The position numbers were made by a program, and so were the translations under genes. A model generated the notes under the pieces. That model was not told where the DNA came from. It ran no database searches and worked only from the letters and a program-made list of their open reading frames with translations. 64,000 nt of DNA from an uncultured virus (IMG/VR IMGVR_UViG_3300037603_000040) (lineage: Duplodnaviria > Heunggongvirae > Uroviricota > Caudoviricetes > Schitoviridae): IMG/VR virus record IMGVR_UViG_3300037603_000040; one strand, written 5' to 3'. Shown piece after piece: positions 48,689 through 58,761 of the stretch. How positions within the stretch are numbered: the stretch's first letter is position 1; each line of letters begins with the position of its first letter.

Positions 48689-50023
48689 TTACGGAGCCGG
48701 TGTGACTTGTGCAGGCATGGAGAGCTGTGTCCGGATGTGATCCATCACAGAGTCGATGTTAGGGTCTCTGAGGCTGATCGGCGCTGTGAGGCCCTCATCC
48801 ATGGACTTTTGCACGGTCCAGGTATCCAAGAGCATCTTGGCCACCTTCTGCTCGGAGTCACGCTTGTAGCTGTTCACCTGCTGTTCCTGGAGCTCCTTCT
48901 GCTTGCCGATGGAGCCAGTGACAGGAGTGATGCCGTCAGAGCGGGTATCCATGGTGTCAGCCCGACGAGCTTCCATCTGCTCCCGCAGCAGCTCAAGCTG
49001 AGCGGGCAGGATGAAGTCCACGTTGTAGGCTTTACCACGGGTGTCTTCAGTCACCCCTGCCACCTGTGCCGGAAGCTGAGTGGTGAGCTGGTAGTTCTTG
49101 ACCGAGGTATCAGCTTCGATGCCGGCCTTCTGTGCAGGCAGGATATTGGCCGTGTTGTAGAGGATGCCATCTTTGTTCGCTGTCGAGAGCGAGATGTCGG
49201 CCGTTATGTTGTCGATCTGCTTGTTGGTGCGAGCCAGTTCAGCAGGCAGCAGGCTGAGAACCTCATAATCCAGGCGTGCCGTCTCAGAGGTGAGACGATC
49301 CAGTTGAGCCGGGAGAATGTAGGTCAGCTCATAGGTCGATTTATCCGTCTCTTTGGTGATCTGAGCAGTCTGGGCCGTGGTCTGACCAAGCTGAGCAGGC
49401 AAGAGGTTCGTGGTGGTATACGTGACCTGAGCCGTCTGAGCGGTGAGCTGCTCTGTCTGTGCCTGGATCTGGCAGTAGCGAGCATCCTCGGTGGAGAGCT
49501 GAAGCTTGGCCAGTGCATACTGGGCAGCGATCAGATCCGCTTGCTTGCGGGTGCCTGCCAAGTTGGCCTTGGCGATTTCCAGGTTCACACGCTGAGTGAC
49601 CAGTTCGATCTCAGCGCCTTGGGCCTGCTTCTGGGCAACCTGAGCCTGCCAATAGGACTGCTCACGGTTCAAGAGATACTGCACAGCGTTGCCCATGGCT
49701 GTCTGTGTCAGAGCGATATAGGCCGCAGAGTATTCAGACCCAGTGATCCGACCTTTGTCGAATTCCCCCTTCAGGTGAGCACTGACGGTTTCCATCAGAC
49801 CATCAAACAGGCCGGTGCCTCCCACGGTGCGGGAGGTTAGGTCTGACTCTGTCAGGCGATTGAATGTCTCATAGAGAGGGTTGTTCAGACTTGCGGGTGC
49901 CTGGAACTCTGCTCCAGAAAGGTCAACCGCTGGCAGGGTGAAATCCGTGCCAACGGTCAAGTTGTTGAAGAGATTGCCTGCCAGCGTATCAGCGTTGCAG
50001 TTCGATGTTCCGTCTACTGACAT
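48689..50023 (-). CDS. structural protein (N4 gp54-like)
   Basis: LT...VGG.G.FD.LM, E..KGRITG..Y, LLPAQ repeats, GKQKEL..QQ..SY.RD. Confidence 0.85.
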   Translation of the reverse strand: MSVDGTSNCNADTLAGNLFNNLTVGTDFTLPAVDLSGAEFQAPASLNNPLYETFNRLTESDLTSRTVGGTGLFDGLMETVSAHLKGEFDKGRITGSEYSAAYIALTQTAMGNAVQYLLNREQSYWQAQVAQKQAQGAEIELVTQRVNLEIAKANLAGTRKQADLIAAQYALAKLQLSTEDARYCQIQAQTEQLTAQTAQVTYTTTNLLPAQLGQTTAQTAQITKETDKSTYELTYILPAQLDRLTSETARLDYEVLSLLPAELARTNKQIDNITADISLSTANKDGILYNTANILPAQKAGIEADTSVKNYQLTTQLPAQVAGVTEDTRGKAYNVDFILPAQLELLREQMEARRADTMDTRSDGITPVTGSIGKQKELQEQQVNSYKRDSEQKVAKMLLDTWTVQKSMDEGLTAPISLRDPNIDSVMDHIRTQLSMPAQVTPAP

Positions 50024-50075
50024 GGTGTCTCTTTCTTCTGTGCTATCTGCTCGTTAGGTGCCTGGAACCAGGGAG

Positions 50076-50324
50076 TTAGGACTTCATGGCTCGCTTGATG
50101 GCGTAGCCTTCGAGCCCCCAGATCTTCTCTTTGGCATTACTGAAGGCCACTGCTCGGCCCATTTCCTGGTTGAAGTTTTCGGGCATGATCACGTTGCTCT
50201 CACCGATCACGACACAGCCGTTTTTCAGCTTCAGCACACAGACCGTCAGGGTCGGAGCAACAGTGCTTTCCAGGTATTCTGTCTCGTCGATCATTGCGTC
50301 GATCAATTCGGGCGTAAGCTTCAT
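50076..50324 (-). CDS. Phage_gp49_66 family protein (possible Acb4-type sponge)
   Basis: TLTVCVLKLKNG..V.GES....ENFN.E.G...A..NA..KIW.LEGY. Confidence 0.8.
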   Translation of the reverse strand: MKLTPELIDAMIDETEYLESTVAPTLTVCVLKLKNGCVVIGESNVIMPENFNQEMGRAVAFSNAKEKIWGLEGYAIKRAMKS

Positions 50325-50338
50325 TTTCAAGATCCTCT

Positions 50339-50363
50339 TTGCTTTGATATGGGGTGGTGTGAC
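50339..50363 (-). repeat. pentamer array
   Basis: TTGCT TTGAT ATGGG GTGGT GTGAC; intergenic. Confidence 0.55.
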
Positions 50364-50876
50364 TTAGCTGACGATCATCCAATCGTCGCTCAGCATGTCA
50401 CTCTGTGAAGCCAACCAGCCCATCAGGATGGACCCATCAGCAGTCTTCATAGTGATCGACGGGAGCACCTTGGCAGAGCCACCGTTCTGGTGTGCCCAAG
50501 CCCGGTTCTGAGGCGACGAGAAGCCATTAGCAGGAACCAGACGTGTTTCAGCGCAGGAGAGGGCCAGCCACATGTCTTTGCCGTTCCAGCCTGCACGAGC
50601 AATACGTTCACCAGCTTTGAGAGCTTCAAGTGCATGCCCAAAGCTCATCTGTCCGGAGACCTTGTAGGTCCGCTCGAACTCTTCTTTGGGGAGCCAGGAA
50701 ATGTAGCCATCATGTGCGACATGGTTTTTCAGGTTGCTGGAGAGATCCTCGACCAGGTAGCCCTGGTCCCAGCCATTCTCATCATCATCAGGAAGCTTCC
50801 AGCCCCGGTATGTGTTGTAATCCAGGCGGTTCATAGCCGTGGCTTTCAGGCACCTGGTTCCGTAATAAACTTTCAT
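50364..50876 (-). CDS. DUF2829 (Tad2-like) domain protein with N-terminal GYLVE..YISW domain
   Basis: MSFGHALEALKAG..IARAGWNGK.MW...GWLASQSDMLSDDW. Confidence 0.85.
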   Translation of the reverse strand: MKVYYGTRCLKATAMNRLDYNTYRGWKLPDDDENGWDQGYLVEDLSSNLKNHVAHDGYISWLPKEEFERTYKVSGQMSFGHALEALKAGERIARAGWNGKDMWLALSCAETRLVPANGFSSPQNRAWAHQNGGSAKVLPSITMKTADGSILMGWLASQSDMLSDDWMIVS

Positions 50877-50955
50877 CTTCTCACCTTTCTTTCTCATGAG
50901 GCATCCCCCCAACCTTGGTCGGAACAAGGCCAGGGGGATTATGGCGTCATGAGGA

Positions 50956-51570
50956 TCAGTTGACGCCACCTGCTGCTGCTTGCGCGGCTGCAAGGTCTTT
51001 CAGCTCTTCCTTGGTCAACTGGGGAAGAACTTCGATGGCGAATTCAGGAACCCAACGCTGGGTGACATCAATCTGACCGGTCTGGCGGTTTCGGCTGGTC
51101 TTGACGTGCAGGAACTTCCTGGATTTCAGAAGCTTGTAGAGAATGTAGGGCACGTGATACCCGTCATCGGTGGCTTCACCGAAGGGGATGAATTTCTTCA
51201 CTTCGCCCAGATACTTGTTGGCCACACACAAGATCTCACCCTGGAGTGCGGCCTTGTCAGGGTTGAGGCAGGAGATCCGGATACGGATCTGGCGCATCTC
51301 TTCCTTGATCATCTTGGCTCGGATCTGGCTCTTGGTCAGAGGAGCCTCTGCCTGAGCACCGTCCACAGCTTCACCGGCCTTTTCCTCTTCGGCCGAGGAA
51401 GTGCCTTCCAGATGTTCCTTGATGCGCTGGCGGAGAGCCTCAGCACCGATGTTGGGGGAAAACTTGATGCCCATGACATTGGCACGCTCTTTCAGCGTGG
51501 CCAGCTCATCGGGCTTGGGGAGATCGCTCACGAAGTCGTCGTCAGCACTCACAGTCGTTTGGTCGTTCAT
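50956..51570 (-). CDS. N4 gp55-like protein
   Basis: LKERA..MGI.FSPNIG.E.L, GEI..VAN, FAIEVLPQLT.EEL..LA..Q. Confidence 0.85.
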   Translation of the reverse strand: MNDQTTVSADDDFVSDLPKPDELATLKERANVMGIKFSPNIGAEALRQRIKEHLEGTSSAEEEKAGEAVDGAQAEAPLTKSQIRAKMIKEEMRQIRIRISCLNPDKAALQGEILCVANKYLGEVKKFIPFGEATDDGYHVPYILYKLLKSRKFLHVKTSRNRQTGQIDVTQRWVPEFAIEVLPQLTKEELKDLAAAQAAAGGVN

Positions 51571-51604
51571 GGCTTGATCCTCAAGGTCACTTTGGGAGGG
51601 AAGG

Positions 51605-51633
51605 GGAAAACCAGGGGGACTTGCCCCCTGGTT
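51605..51633 (-). terminator. terminator after the major capsid gene
   Basis: AACCAGGGGGC-AA-GTCCCCCTGGTTTT on the - strand. Confidence 0.7.
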
Positions 51634-51648
51634 CAAGGCTTAGACCGA

Positions 51649-52839
51649 TCAGATCTTGGCCAGGGTCTTGACGAGGCCCAGACGCTCGGAGCGCAGGATC
51701 ATCTTGCCGTAATACCACTTGATCGAGCTGAAGCCGGTCTCCCCATAGGGGTCGTTCCGGTCAGCCGTCTCACGACCAGGCATCTTGGTGGTGATCTTGA
51801 ACTTCATCATCTTGCCACCGGTCTGGAAACCGATCGTGGTGAACGAGCCGTCACCGACGCAGAGCATCGGGTAGACGTCGTAGTTGCCACCGGTCTCCAT
51901 GTAGCCGGGGTTGGCCACAACCGCAGCACCAGCACCGGCCCAGTGCAGCATTTCCGGAACCACAACGATACGGAACTGATCGACAGTGCCGATCTCGCCG
52001 TTCAGAATGGTGCCAGCATTGGCATACTTGTGGGTCGGGATGAATGCCGGATCTCCGAAGAGGTCGGTCATGCCCTTGACGATGGATTCCAGCTCCGAAC
52101 CAATGTAGAGCACCCGGCCCGAGTCGATCGTCTTGGTGTCGATCATGCGCGAACCAGTGATGATCTTGGTCTGCTTCGGGGTCCGGTTGTCGGTCAGGAT
52201 CTTCGCCAGACGCATCAGATCTTCGTAGGTCACGATCGAGGGATCGGCACCTTCGCCGGTGATCTCGCTGTCCTGGGTGGCTGCCCCGGTGTAGATCACC
52301 ACACCTGCACCGGCCAGAAGGTCTTTCTGGAGCACGGCTTCGGTGAGCTGGGTTGCGCCTGTCACCAGCTCGCGACTGATGTGGCTGTAGAGCTCGGAGT
52401 CCGAGTCAAAGTCGAAGCTTTCCTGGGTGAACTCGGTGAAGATACCGAACTTTTCCAGGTGGCCTTCGATCTGGAGACGGGTGAAACCAACACGGTTCAC
52501 ACGGCCACCGGTCTCGGTCAGGGTCGGCAGTTTGCCGGTGATCGAGCCAATGTCCTTGGACGAACCATAGAGGTTGCCGTCAGCGATGACAGCGCCGGAC
52601 GCATCCAGGCCCTGGTCGTTGACGTTGCGGTCATCCAGGAGAGGGATGTAGTGGTAGACCTTGATCTTCTTGCCGTAGTGCTTCGGCATCTTGGTCACGT
52701 CAGCCAGCGGCGTGAAGAACATTTCCTTCTGGGCTTCAATCAGCGCACGGCGCTGCCAGAAGAAGGTGTTCATCTGGGAGCTGCCTGCTCCTTCGATGTC
52801 AGACGGCGTGCCGCCTGCGGGGTCGTTATACTGGTGCAT
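51649..52839 (-). CDS. major capsid protein (N4 gp56-like)
   Basis: [59 protein letters not shown]. Confidence 0.96.
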   Translation of the reverse strand: MHQYNDPAGGTPSDIEGAGSSQMNTFFWQRRALIEAQKEMFFTPLADVTKMPKHYGKKIKVYHYIPLLDDRNVNDQGLDASGAVIADGNLYGSSKDIGSITGKLPTLTETGGRVNRVGFTRLQIEGHLEKFGIFTEFTQESFDFDSDSELYSHISRELVTGATQLTEAVLQKDLLAGAGVVIYTGAATQDSEITGEGADPSIVTYEDLMRLAKILTDNRTPKQTKIITGSRMIDTKTIDSGRVLYIGSELESIVKGMTDLFGDPAFIPTHKYANAGTILNGEIGTVDQFRIVVVPEMLHWAGAGAAVVANPGYMETGGNYDVYPMLCVGDGSFTTIGFQTGGKMMKFKITTKMPGRETADRNDPYGETGFSSIKWYYGKMILRSERLGLVKTLAKI

Positions 52840-52859
52840 TCATTCAGCTTTCATGGTGC

Positions 52860-54095
52860 TCAAAGAGCGTGGGGGACTGGAATGGCCATGATCTCTTCGT
52901 CCGACATTGCGAGCGGATCGAAGTTGGTCTTCCGGGTTTGGGAGGTCTTCGGACTGGCCGAGGCCGCCCGAGCTTTGTCACCATTTGAGATCTGCTTGCG
53001 TGGCTGTGCGGGCCGGGTGTCCACGACTTGACGCGCCTTCAGGTCTGTCTTGGTATTCTCAGGCGTTGCAGGCGCCGTTGAGCCAGGAACAGGACCGAAT
53101 TTGCCTTCAGCATGGAGCCGATTACCGACGTCACGGTAGGCTTGGATGAACGGGACGTTTTGCAGATTTCCGAGTGTCTTCTGACGCTCAATCTCAGCAG
53201 AGATAACATCATAAATGCCATTGCTGCGCTGTTCGTTGATATGAGCCAGGATGGCCGGTTCTGCGAAGATGGCCTGCTTGCTGGCGTGATCCCAGTGCGT
53301 GTTCACATGGCTGATTGTCTTCTTTCCGTCATCCGTGGAACCAACGTCCTGGATGACATCGTGGAAGGCCAATTCCTGATCTGAAACACTGTGATTTCCA
53401 GGCGTGTAGGCCGGTTCGGTGGAAGTATCGATCTCGAGCGGATCAATCTTTCCCTCGTGAAGGAGCTTCTGAATGGCCTTCGGATCTTTCCGGTTCAGGT
53501 CAATCAGGAAGCTGATCTTGGACTCATCAAGAAGACCGTGATTGTCCAGCATGCGCATCATGCGCAGGTTGGGCTTCAGACTCTGCATCTTCTTGGTGTA
53601 GTTCGCGCCCATCTGCATGAGCTGCATGGCCTCTTCAGGAGAGGCCGGTTTGAACTCCTTGCCGTTGGCTTTGAACGGGCGCATGAGCTGCTCGTAGAGA
53701 GCCTTGTAATCGGTCTCCCCGTCAGCCTTCGCACTTTCTTCACCCTCACTCTCACCAGCCGGATCCTTCTCCTCGGCGGTGTCGTCCGTGCTTTGGTGTG
53801 GTGTGGTGTGATCTGGATCTTTGTCATCACCGTCTTCGGCCTTCACAGGCTCATCGGTCGGCTTGTCGCCTCCCTCAGCCTGTTTGGCCTCAGACTGATC
53901 ATCTTCATCTGCTTCGTCGGAGGCTTCGGTCTGAGCCGGAGCAGCATCGAGCATATCTTCCAGGATCCCACCACGGGGTTCATCTTCCCAGTCGTTGTCG
54001 ATCTCCTCTGCCTTGTCGTCAGCAGTGAAGGTGGCATTCAGGAACTCTTCGTCCGACATGCCGTCGTAGTCGATCTCGTCGTTTTCACCGGCCAT
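52860..54095 (-). CDS. N4 gp57-like protein
   Basis: MSDEEFL, PFKANGK, LMQMGANY.KKM, DPLAMSDEE. Confidence 0.85.
   Translation of the reverse strand: MAGENDEIDYDGMSDEEFLNATFTADDKAEEIDNDWEDEPRGGILEDMLDAAPAQTEASDEADEDDQSEAKQAEGGDKPTDEPVKAEDGDDKDPDHTTPHQSTDDTAEEKDPAGESEGEESAKADGETDYKALYEQLMRPFKANGKEFKPASPEEAMQLMQMGANYTKKMQSLKPNLRMMRMLDNHGLLDESKISFLIDLNRKDPKAIQKLLHEGKIDPLEIDTSTEPAYTPGNHSVSDQELAFHDVIQDVGSTDDGKKTISHVNTHWDHASKQAIFAEPAILAHINEQRSNGIYDVISAEIERQKTLGNLQNVPFIQAYRDVGNRLHAEGKFGPVPGSTAPATPENTKTDLKARQVVDTRPAQPRKQISNGDKARAASASPKTSQTRKTNFDPLAMSDEEIMAIPVPHAL
53788..53812 (-). repeat. pentamer array inside the gp57-like gene
   Basis: GTGCT TTGGT GTGGT GTGGT GTGAT, encoding DHTTPHQST. Confidence 0.7.
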
Positions 54096-54097
54096 GA

Positions 54098-54472
54098 TCA
54101 GACCTCGCTCTCATCGTCGTCCTGGTCTTCTTGATCCAGGTCTTCTTCTTCGTTGATCTCGTCCAGAGCCTCGTTGAGGTCTGCAAGCTCAGCAGCGGCG
54201 ATGTTACCCATCTGAATCGTCTGACGCAGGAACAGGCGCAAGTAGGCGATACCCTTCATCATGTCCTGGATATCTTCCCGGTTCGCTTTGGTCTCTTCTT
54301 CCGACAGAAGGCCAACGAGACGGGCAGCTTCATCCACAAAGTAGAATTCCAGGATCAGCTTCCGGAACTCCCGGTTGCTGGCCAGCTTCTGCGCCATGTC
54401 ACGGCGCTTCACGATCTTGCGTGCTTCTTCGATCGAGAGCTCGATCTGCTGCACTTGGTCATTGCCTGTCAT
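54098..54472 (-). CDS. N4 gp58-like protein
   Basis: L..N.EF.KLIL..YF..EAARLV; lies between portal and gp57. Confidence 0.8.
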   Translation of the reverse strand: MTGNDQVQQIELSIEEARKIVKRRDMAQKLASNREFRKLILEFYFVDEAARLVGLLSEEETKANREDIQDMMKGIAYLRLFLRQTIQMGNIAAAELADLNEALDEINEEEDLDQEDQDDDESEV

Positions 54473-54504
54473 TTTTTGATCCTCAGTGTCGTCAGGTTAG
54501 GGGT

Positions 54505-54534
54505 TTGCTTTGGTTCGGTGTGATGTGGTGTGAT
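54505..54534 (-). repeat. pentamer array
   Basis: TTGCT TTGGT TCGGT GTGAT GTGGT GTGAT; intergenic. Confidence 0.75.
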
Positions 54535-54551
54535 AATACCACCCAAGTAGG

Positions 54552-56729
54552 TTACGGTGTCAACCTTGAAGCGAAGTTTTGGTATCCGACCGCTTCTGCT
54601 ACCTGGTTTTTGCCGGAGCCTTCCTTGGGATTGAGAATTCCTTTAATGATCTCAGTCTGTTGGTTGGCTTCGGCCTGAGCACCTTGCTTGTCCATATCAC
54701 GGGCATGCTTGGTGCCAGTTTCTTGCTCGATGAAGTCCAGATCGTTCAGATCCGCTTCACTGCTTGTCTTACGGGCATCAGCCAGAGTCTCTTGGGTCTT
54801 TGCCTGGTTCAGTGCAATCTTGGACTGGATCTCACTGAGCTCCAGCTCAAGCATGGCAATCTCGAGCTCTTTCTTTTTCTCCTCGAGAGGATCAGGCTGG
54901 GGCTGGAACTGTTCGATCATGTGAACCAGACGAGGCATCCGCTTCAGTCTGGCGATTTCCATGAGGATGTTCTTGGTGATCTCGAAGGGCACTGTGTTGC
55001 CCAGAGTCTGTAGCATGAAGCCCAGATCTTGTGCTTTGGCTTCGTCCACTTCTGTGGTGGCAATATCCACTTTGAGATTGAACTCACCCAGCAGATCTTC
55101 ACGGCTGATCTTGACGAACTTCTCATTCGTCACCTGGATCACTTCTTCCTCAGAAAGAAAGGCGCCATTCATCGAGATGATCTTGCGGCCGATCTCTTCC
55201 ATACCTTGAGCCAGACGACGAAGGATCGACATCTCACGCTTGGAGGAGGCATCCAGGATACCGCGGATACCGGCAGCCACCTGACCATAGGCTTCCCCAG
55301 AGAGACCGCCTGAGAAGGCCTTGACGCCTGTCAGAGCCTCAGCTTCCTGGTTCTGCATAGAGATCACGTTGAGAGCCGAGCCAGGGATCTCAGGATAGGT
55401 GTGCTGAAAGATGTTCATCCTGGGGTCTGTTCCAGGATTGAACTCGTAGTCTTCACCTTTCTCGTAGCGCCGCTTGTTGAGCACGTCGAGAGAGCCTTTG
55501 GAGAAGCCTGTCTGGCCATTGGCAGACCGACCCATGAGGTCAATCACACCTCGTGTGACAGCACCGAGGATTGCCTGGTTCTCTTTGAGAAGAGCAGCAT
55601 CAGGTTCCCCTGTGACCGAGTCTTTGACCGGCAGATAAGGAACCACGACAAAGGGGAGCTTCTTGTCAGGAAAAGGGTTCTCTTCCATCCTGATCATCGT
55701 GTGACCAATCCAGGTAGCGACGATCGGCTTCAGCTCGCCATTACCTTCGACGTCATACCAGCCCCAGTATTCATAGGCGACAACGACCTTGCGCAGCTCG
55801 TCCTTGAACTGCTGGCTCTCGTCGATCGAGGAGGCATGATCACTGTCGTAGCCTGGAGTCCCTGTGGACCATATGACCTTATCCAGGTTCTTGTATCGGC
55901 CGTCTTTCTTCAGCTTGGCCTTGGAGGTCTCAAAGCTGACGATGACGAAATTCGCCTTGTCGATGTCACCCTCGCAGGAGGGATCAATGTAGACATTGTT
56001 GTAGTTCAGGATGTCCACTGTGGGGTGGTTTTTCACCACTCGCTCTTCCGGAACCATCTCGGTGCCACTCTGGAAAGCGATCACCGGTTGCTTGGTTTCC
56101 ATCGTATAGCGTGCAGATTCCTGGATCTCTTCCGGCAGCTCGGAGAAGCCTTGGGGGTTCTCAGTGGAGAGGGCCATTGCCTCCTCAAGCATCGCCATCT
56201 CGTCTTCAAACTGGGCTGCCACATAGGTCCAGACAGGCACCTCGACCATGACGGTCTCGGTCTCACGCTTCCATCCGGTGCGTATGATACACGTGCCCTC
56301 ATCGGTCACTGTGCGCACATAGGAGTCGATGAACTTGACCGGGTTGAGCTTGTTGCGGAACTGGTAGTTCAGCACCAGCTCGTTCTGGATGGCGCTCTCC
56401 TTGTCTTCCCAAGTCACGGGAGATACATCGAACATCTTCTCAGAGGAGAGGAAAGGTTCGCTCAAAGCTGAGTAGCGCCATTCGGCATTCTTACGGATCA
56501 GCTTGGGCTGAACACTGGAGCGGTTCTTCAGTGTCTTGGGTTTGTATCTGCCCGATACGTTTCTAGCATCAAGCCAGTCACCCACGTTGGTCACAAACGT
56601 GTCATGCCAAGGACGAGCGATGGAGAGGTCTTCACTCAGCATCATGACCGAGGGCTCATTCTGCCACTCGGTCAGGGGATCCTGAGTTGCACCCATCTGG
56701 TGCTGATCTACCTCGAGATAGTTCGCCAT
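54552..56729 (-). CDS. portal protein (N4 gp59-like)
   Basis: W.NEP...L..D, QPKLIRK.AEWRY.ALSEPFL, GVKAFSGG.SG, DF.EQE.G.KH.R. Confidence 0.95.
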   Translation of the reverse strand: MANYLEVDQHQMGATQDPLTEWQNEPSVMMLSEDLSIARPWHDTFVTNVGDWLDARNVSGRYKPKTLKNRSSVQPKLIRKNAEWRYSALSEPFLSSEKMFDVSPVTWEDKESAIQNELVLNYQFRNKLNPVKFIDSYVRTVTDEGTCIIRTGWKRETETVMVEVPVWTYVAAQFEDEMAMLEEAMALSTENPQGFSELPEEIQESARYTMETKQPVIAFQSGTEMVPEERVVKNHPTVDILNYNNVYIDPSCEGDIDKANFVIVSFETSKAKLKKDGRYKNLDKVIWSTGTPGYDSDHASSIDESQQFKDELRKVVVAYEYWGWYDVEGNGELKPIVATWIGHTMIRMEENPFPDKKLPFVVVPYLPVKDSVTGEPDAALLKENQAILGAVTRGVIDLMGRSANGQTGFSKGSLDVLNKRRYEKGEDYEFNPGTDPRMNIFQHTYPEIPGSALNVISMQNQEAEALTGVKAFSGGLSGEAYGQVAAGIRGILDASSKREMSILRRLAQGMEEIGRKIISMNGAFLSEEEVIQVTNEKFVKISREDLLGEFNLKVDIATTEVDEAKAQDLGFMLQTLGNTVPFEITKNILMEIARLKRMPRLVHMIEQFQPQPDPLEEKKKELEIAMLELELSEIQSKIALNQAKTQETLADARKTSSEADLNDLDFIEQETGTKHARDMDKQGAQAEANQQTEIIKGILNPKEGSGKNQVAEAVGYQNFASRLTP

Positions 56730-56747
56730 CTGGCTGCGTCCTTCAAA

Positions 56748-57449
56748 TTATGAGTGAATCCGGCCGTATTTGGCCAGGGAGGTGCCGTAGGCATCTGCGG
56801 GGTTGTAGGATCCACCGGAGGAGAGGAATTGACTGAGTCCCCCAAAACCACCGAGGTGGGCTATGGCCCGCATCCCGTTCATGGTCAGAGGCTTGCCGCC
56901 GACATTCATCCCCAGATATCGATCATACCCGTTCGACTGGATCCGCTTGTCGATGTCGCTGAAGTGCCAGTTGGAGACAGCCACCTGAGCTTCTTTGCTT
57001 CGGGTGAACTGTTCTGGTGTCATGTCTTCAGGAATGACTCCGGCTCTCTTGGCATCCAGGAGTCGGTCCTGACCAAACTGGAGAATACCGAAGTGACCCT
57101 TCTTGCCACCGGAACCAGTGACGTCATTGGTGGCGCCAAAGTTACCGCCAGACTCTGTGTTGATCAGCGAAGGGGGCACATTGTTGGCAAAGCCATACTT
57201 GGCCAGATCGCCGGAGATCCCCGATCCAGTGTTGTCGGCATAGGATGTAGGGGAGGTGGCACTTGGTGCTGCCTGGTCAGGTTCTGTCCGGGTAAAGCTC
57301 AGGGTAGGGGTGTTGCCCACGATATTGCTGAAATTCTCCCAGGCATCCGACCGGAAGTCTTTCACACGACCCAGTTGTTCCTGAGCAATTCCCCCGAACT
57401 GAGGAACCCTCTGAGACGTGAATCTGGTCTGAAGAGTGGGAGCGAGCAT
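56748..57449 (-). CDS. lysozyme-fold / lytic transglycosylase-like protein
   Basis: LINTESGGNF...GILQFG..RL, AHLGG.GG, DAYGTSL..Y. Confidence 0.75.
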   Translation of the reverse strand: MLAPTLQTRFTSQRVPQFGGIAQEQLGRVKDFRSDAWENFSNIVGNTPTLSFTRTEPDQAAPSATSPTSYADNTGSGISGDLAKYGFANNVPPSLINTESGGNFGATNDVTGSGGKKGHFGILQFGQDRLLDAKRAGVIPEDMTPEQFTRSKEAQVAVSNWHFSDIDKRIQSNGYDRYLGMNVGGKPLTMNGMRAIAHLGGFGGLSQFLSSGGSYNPADAYGTSLAKYGRIHS

Positions 57450-57484
57450 CGGCCTGCCATGATTTGAGATTTCCAGGTGATTAA

Positions 57485-57509
57485 ATCACACCACACCGCA
57501 CCACACCAT
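57485..57509 (+). repeat. pentamer array
   Basis: ATCAC ACCAC ACCGC ACCAC ACCAT; intergenic. Confidence 0.75.
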
Positions 57510-57550
57510 ATAAAAATTGCAGAATTGCCTGGATTAATTTCAAGCGTCTC

Positions 57551-57919
57551 TCAACGCTTGAATCGATCGACACCCATGACGCCGAAAATACTGACCACAA
57601 TCATCCAGGCCCATTCATCCAGCGGGGCAGGGAGGGCAGCAATTGTCCATGTCTGAGGGTAGACGCAGCCTTGGCACCAGAGCAGGCTGTAGAGCAGCAC
57701 AGCAGCGAAATAGGCACCCAGAGGCACGGCATAGATCAGCATGAGCCAGAAGCCACCGGAGCGCATCCAGTCGCCTCGAGTGCGGTAAGACTCCCGAATG
57801 ATGTCCGACTTGATCTTCTCTCGATCGGTCTGAGCTTCTACATGCTTGTCAACAGAAGAGAGCACTCTGTCGAGTGCTCCCCCTGTCAGCCATCCCAAGA
57901 TTGCTTTGATGAATACCAT
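57551..57919 (-). CDS. membrane protein of the lysis cassette (holin-like)
   Basis: Two or three transmembrane segments; downstream of the endolysin. Confidence 0.65.
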   Translation of the reverse strand: MVFIKAILGWLTGGALDRVLSSVDKHVEAQTDREKIKSDIIRESYRTRGDWMRSGGFWLMLIYAVPLGAYFAAVLLYSLLWCQGCVYPQTWTIAALPAPLDEWAWMIVVSIFGVMGVDRFKR

Positions 57920-58098
57920 CACGAGGCCTTCATCTTGTCACGCCACCATGAGACGACGTAGGGGATTGCTATGGCCACGATGATCACAGCAAACTCTGTC
58001 ACATCCCCTTCCATGTATTCGGGCAGGTAGCCCTTGGCTACGAGCCAAGCAGTCAGCGGGGCCACACCGTGACGGATCAGGCGATTGAGTTCGTTCAT
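57919..58098 (-). CDS. small putative holin (59 aa)
   Basis: MNELNRLIRHGVAPLTAWLVAKGY...VSWWRDKMKAS; overlaps both neighbours. Confidence 0.6.
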   Translation of the reverse strand: MNELNRLIRHGVAPLTAWLVAKGYLPEYMEGDVTEFAVIIVAIAIPYVVSWWRDKMKAS

Positions 58099-58760
58099 TT
58101 CATCATCTTCCCGATGTAGTGGAGAATGGTTGACATGATGGCTGCCAGCACGTCTTTTCCAGGAATCTTCCCGGAGCTTGCAGGCTTACGGCCCATGAGC
58201 TTGAGCAATTCTGCTCCTTTCATGATCTTGTAGCGACCTGCAAGATTGCCTTTGTCATCAACCTTGTAGATGGGGATGCTGTCCCCATTGTGATCGTAAT
58301 CACCGGTCAAGAAGAGGCGCATCTCTGCTTCACGACGCTTGCGAAGAGAGATGGGTTTGAGCCAGCCCATGAAGCCCTCGCCGGAGAAATTCCCCGAGTT
58401 GACTTCCTGAACCAGACGACAGGGTTTACCTGATTTGGATTTCCAGGTTGCACCCCCTGTGTTGAAATCCCAGGACACCAGAGCATCGAACTGATGCTGC
58501 TTCAGAGGCACCGGGAAAGCTTTACGCACCCGTGCTTCAAACTTCTTGATGTCGTCCTTGAAGACCTGGATTGCCCGCATGATCTCGAGGTCCACATCCT
58601 CGGGCATCCCCTTCTTGAGGTTGTGCGGATCCAGGCCGCCAGCACTGGCCGTGTGGCCGATCCCATAGGTGAGCATGTTCACACTGTCCCAGTAGGGACC
58701 GGGGACAATGCCCTCGTGCTCACAGATTTCCAGGAGACCTTTGTTAGATACTTCAAGCAT
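58095..58760 (-). CDS. endolysin, GH24 lysozyme
   Basis: HEG....Y.DSV...T.GIGHT, QHQFDALVS..FNTG, RREAE..LF. Confidence 0.92.
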   Translation of the reverse strand: MLEVSNKGLLEICEHEGIVPGPYWDSVNMLTYGIGHTASAGGLDPHNLKKGMPEDVDLEIMRAIQVFKDDIKKFEARVRKAFPVPLKQHQFDALVSWDFNTGGATWKSKSGKPCRLVQEVNSGNFSGEGFMGWLKPISLRKRREAEMRLFLTGDYDHNGDSIPIYKVDDKGNLAGRYKIMKGAELLKLMGRKPASSGKIPGKDVLAAIMSTILHYIGKMMK

Positions 58761-58761
58761 A

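Noticed and set aside
33097..56471. Long antisense ORFs (e.g. 33097-34824, 38539-40071, 42103-43719, 50980-53031; also 24764-26206 and 22873-24312)
   Set aside because: These are shadow frames of strongly codon-biased real genes, with no recognisable motifs.
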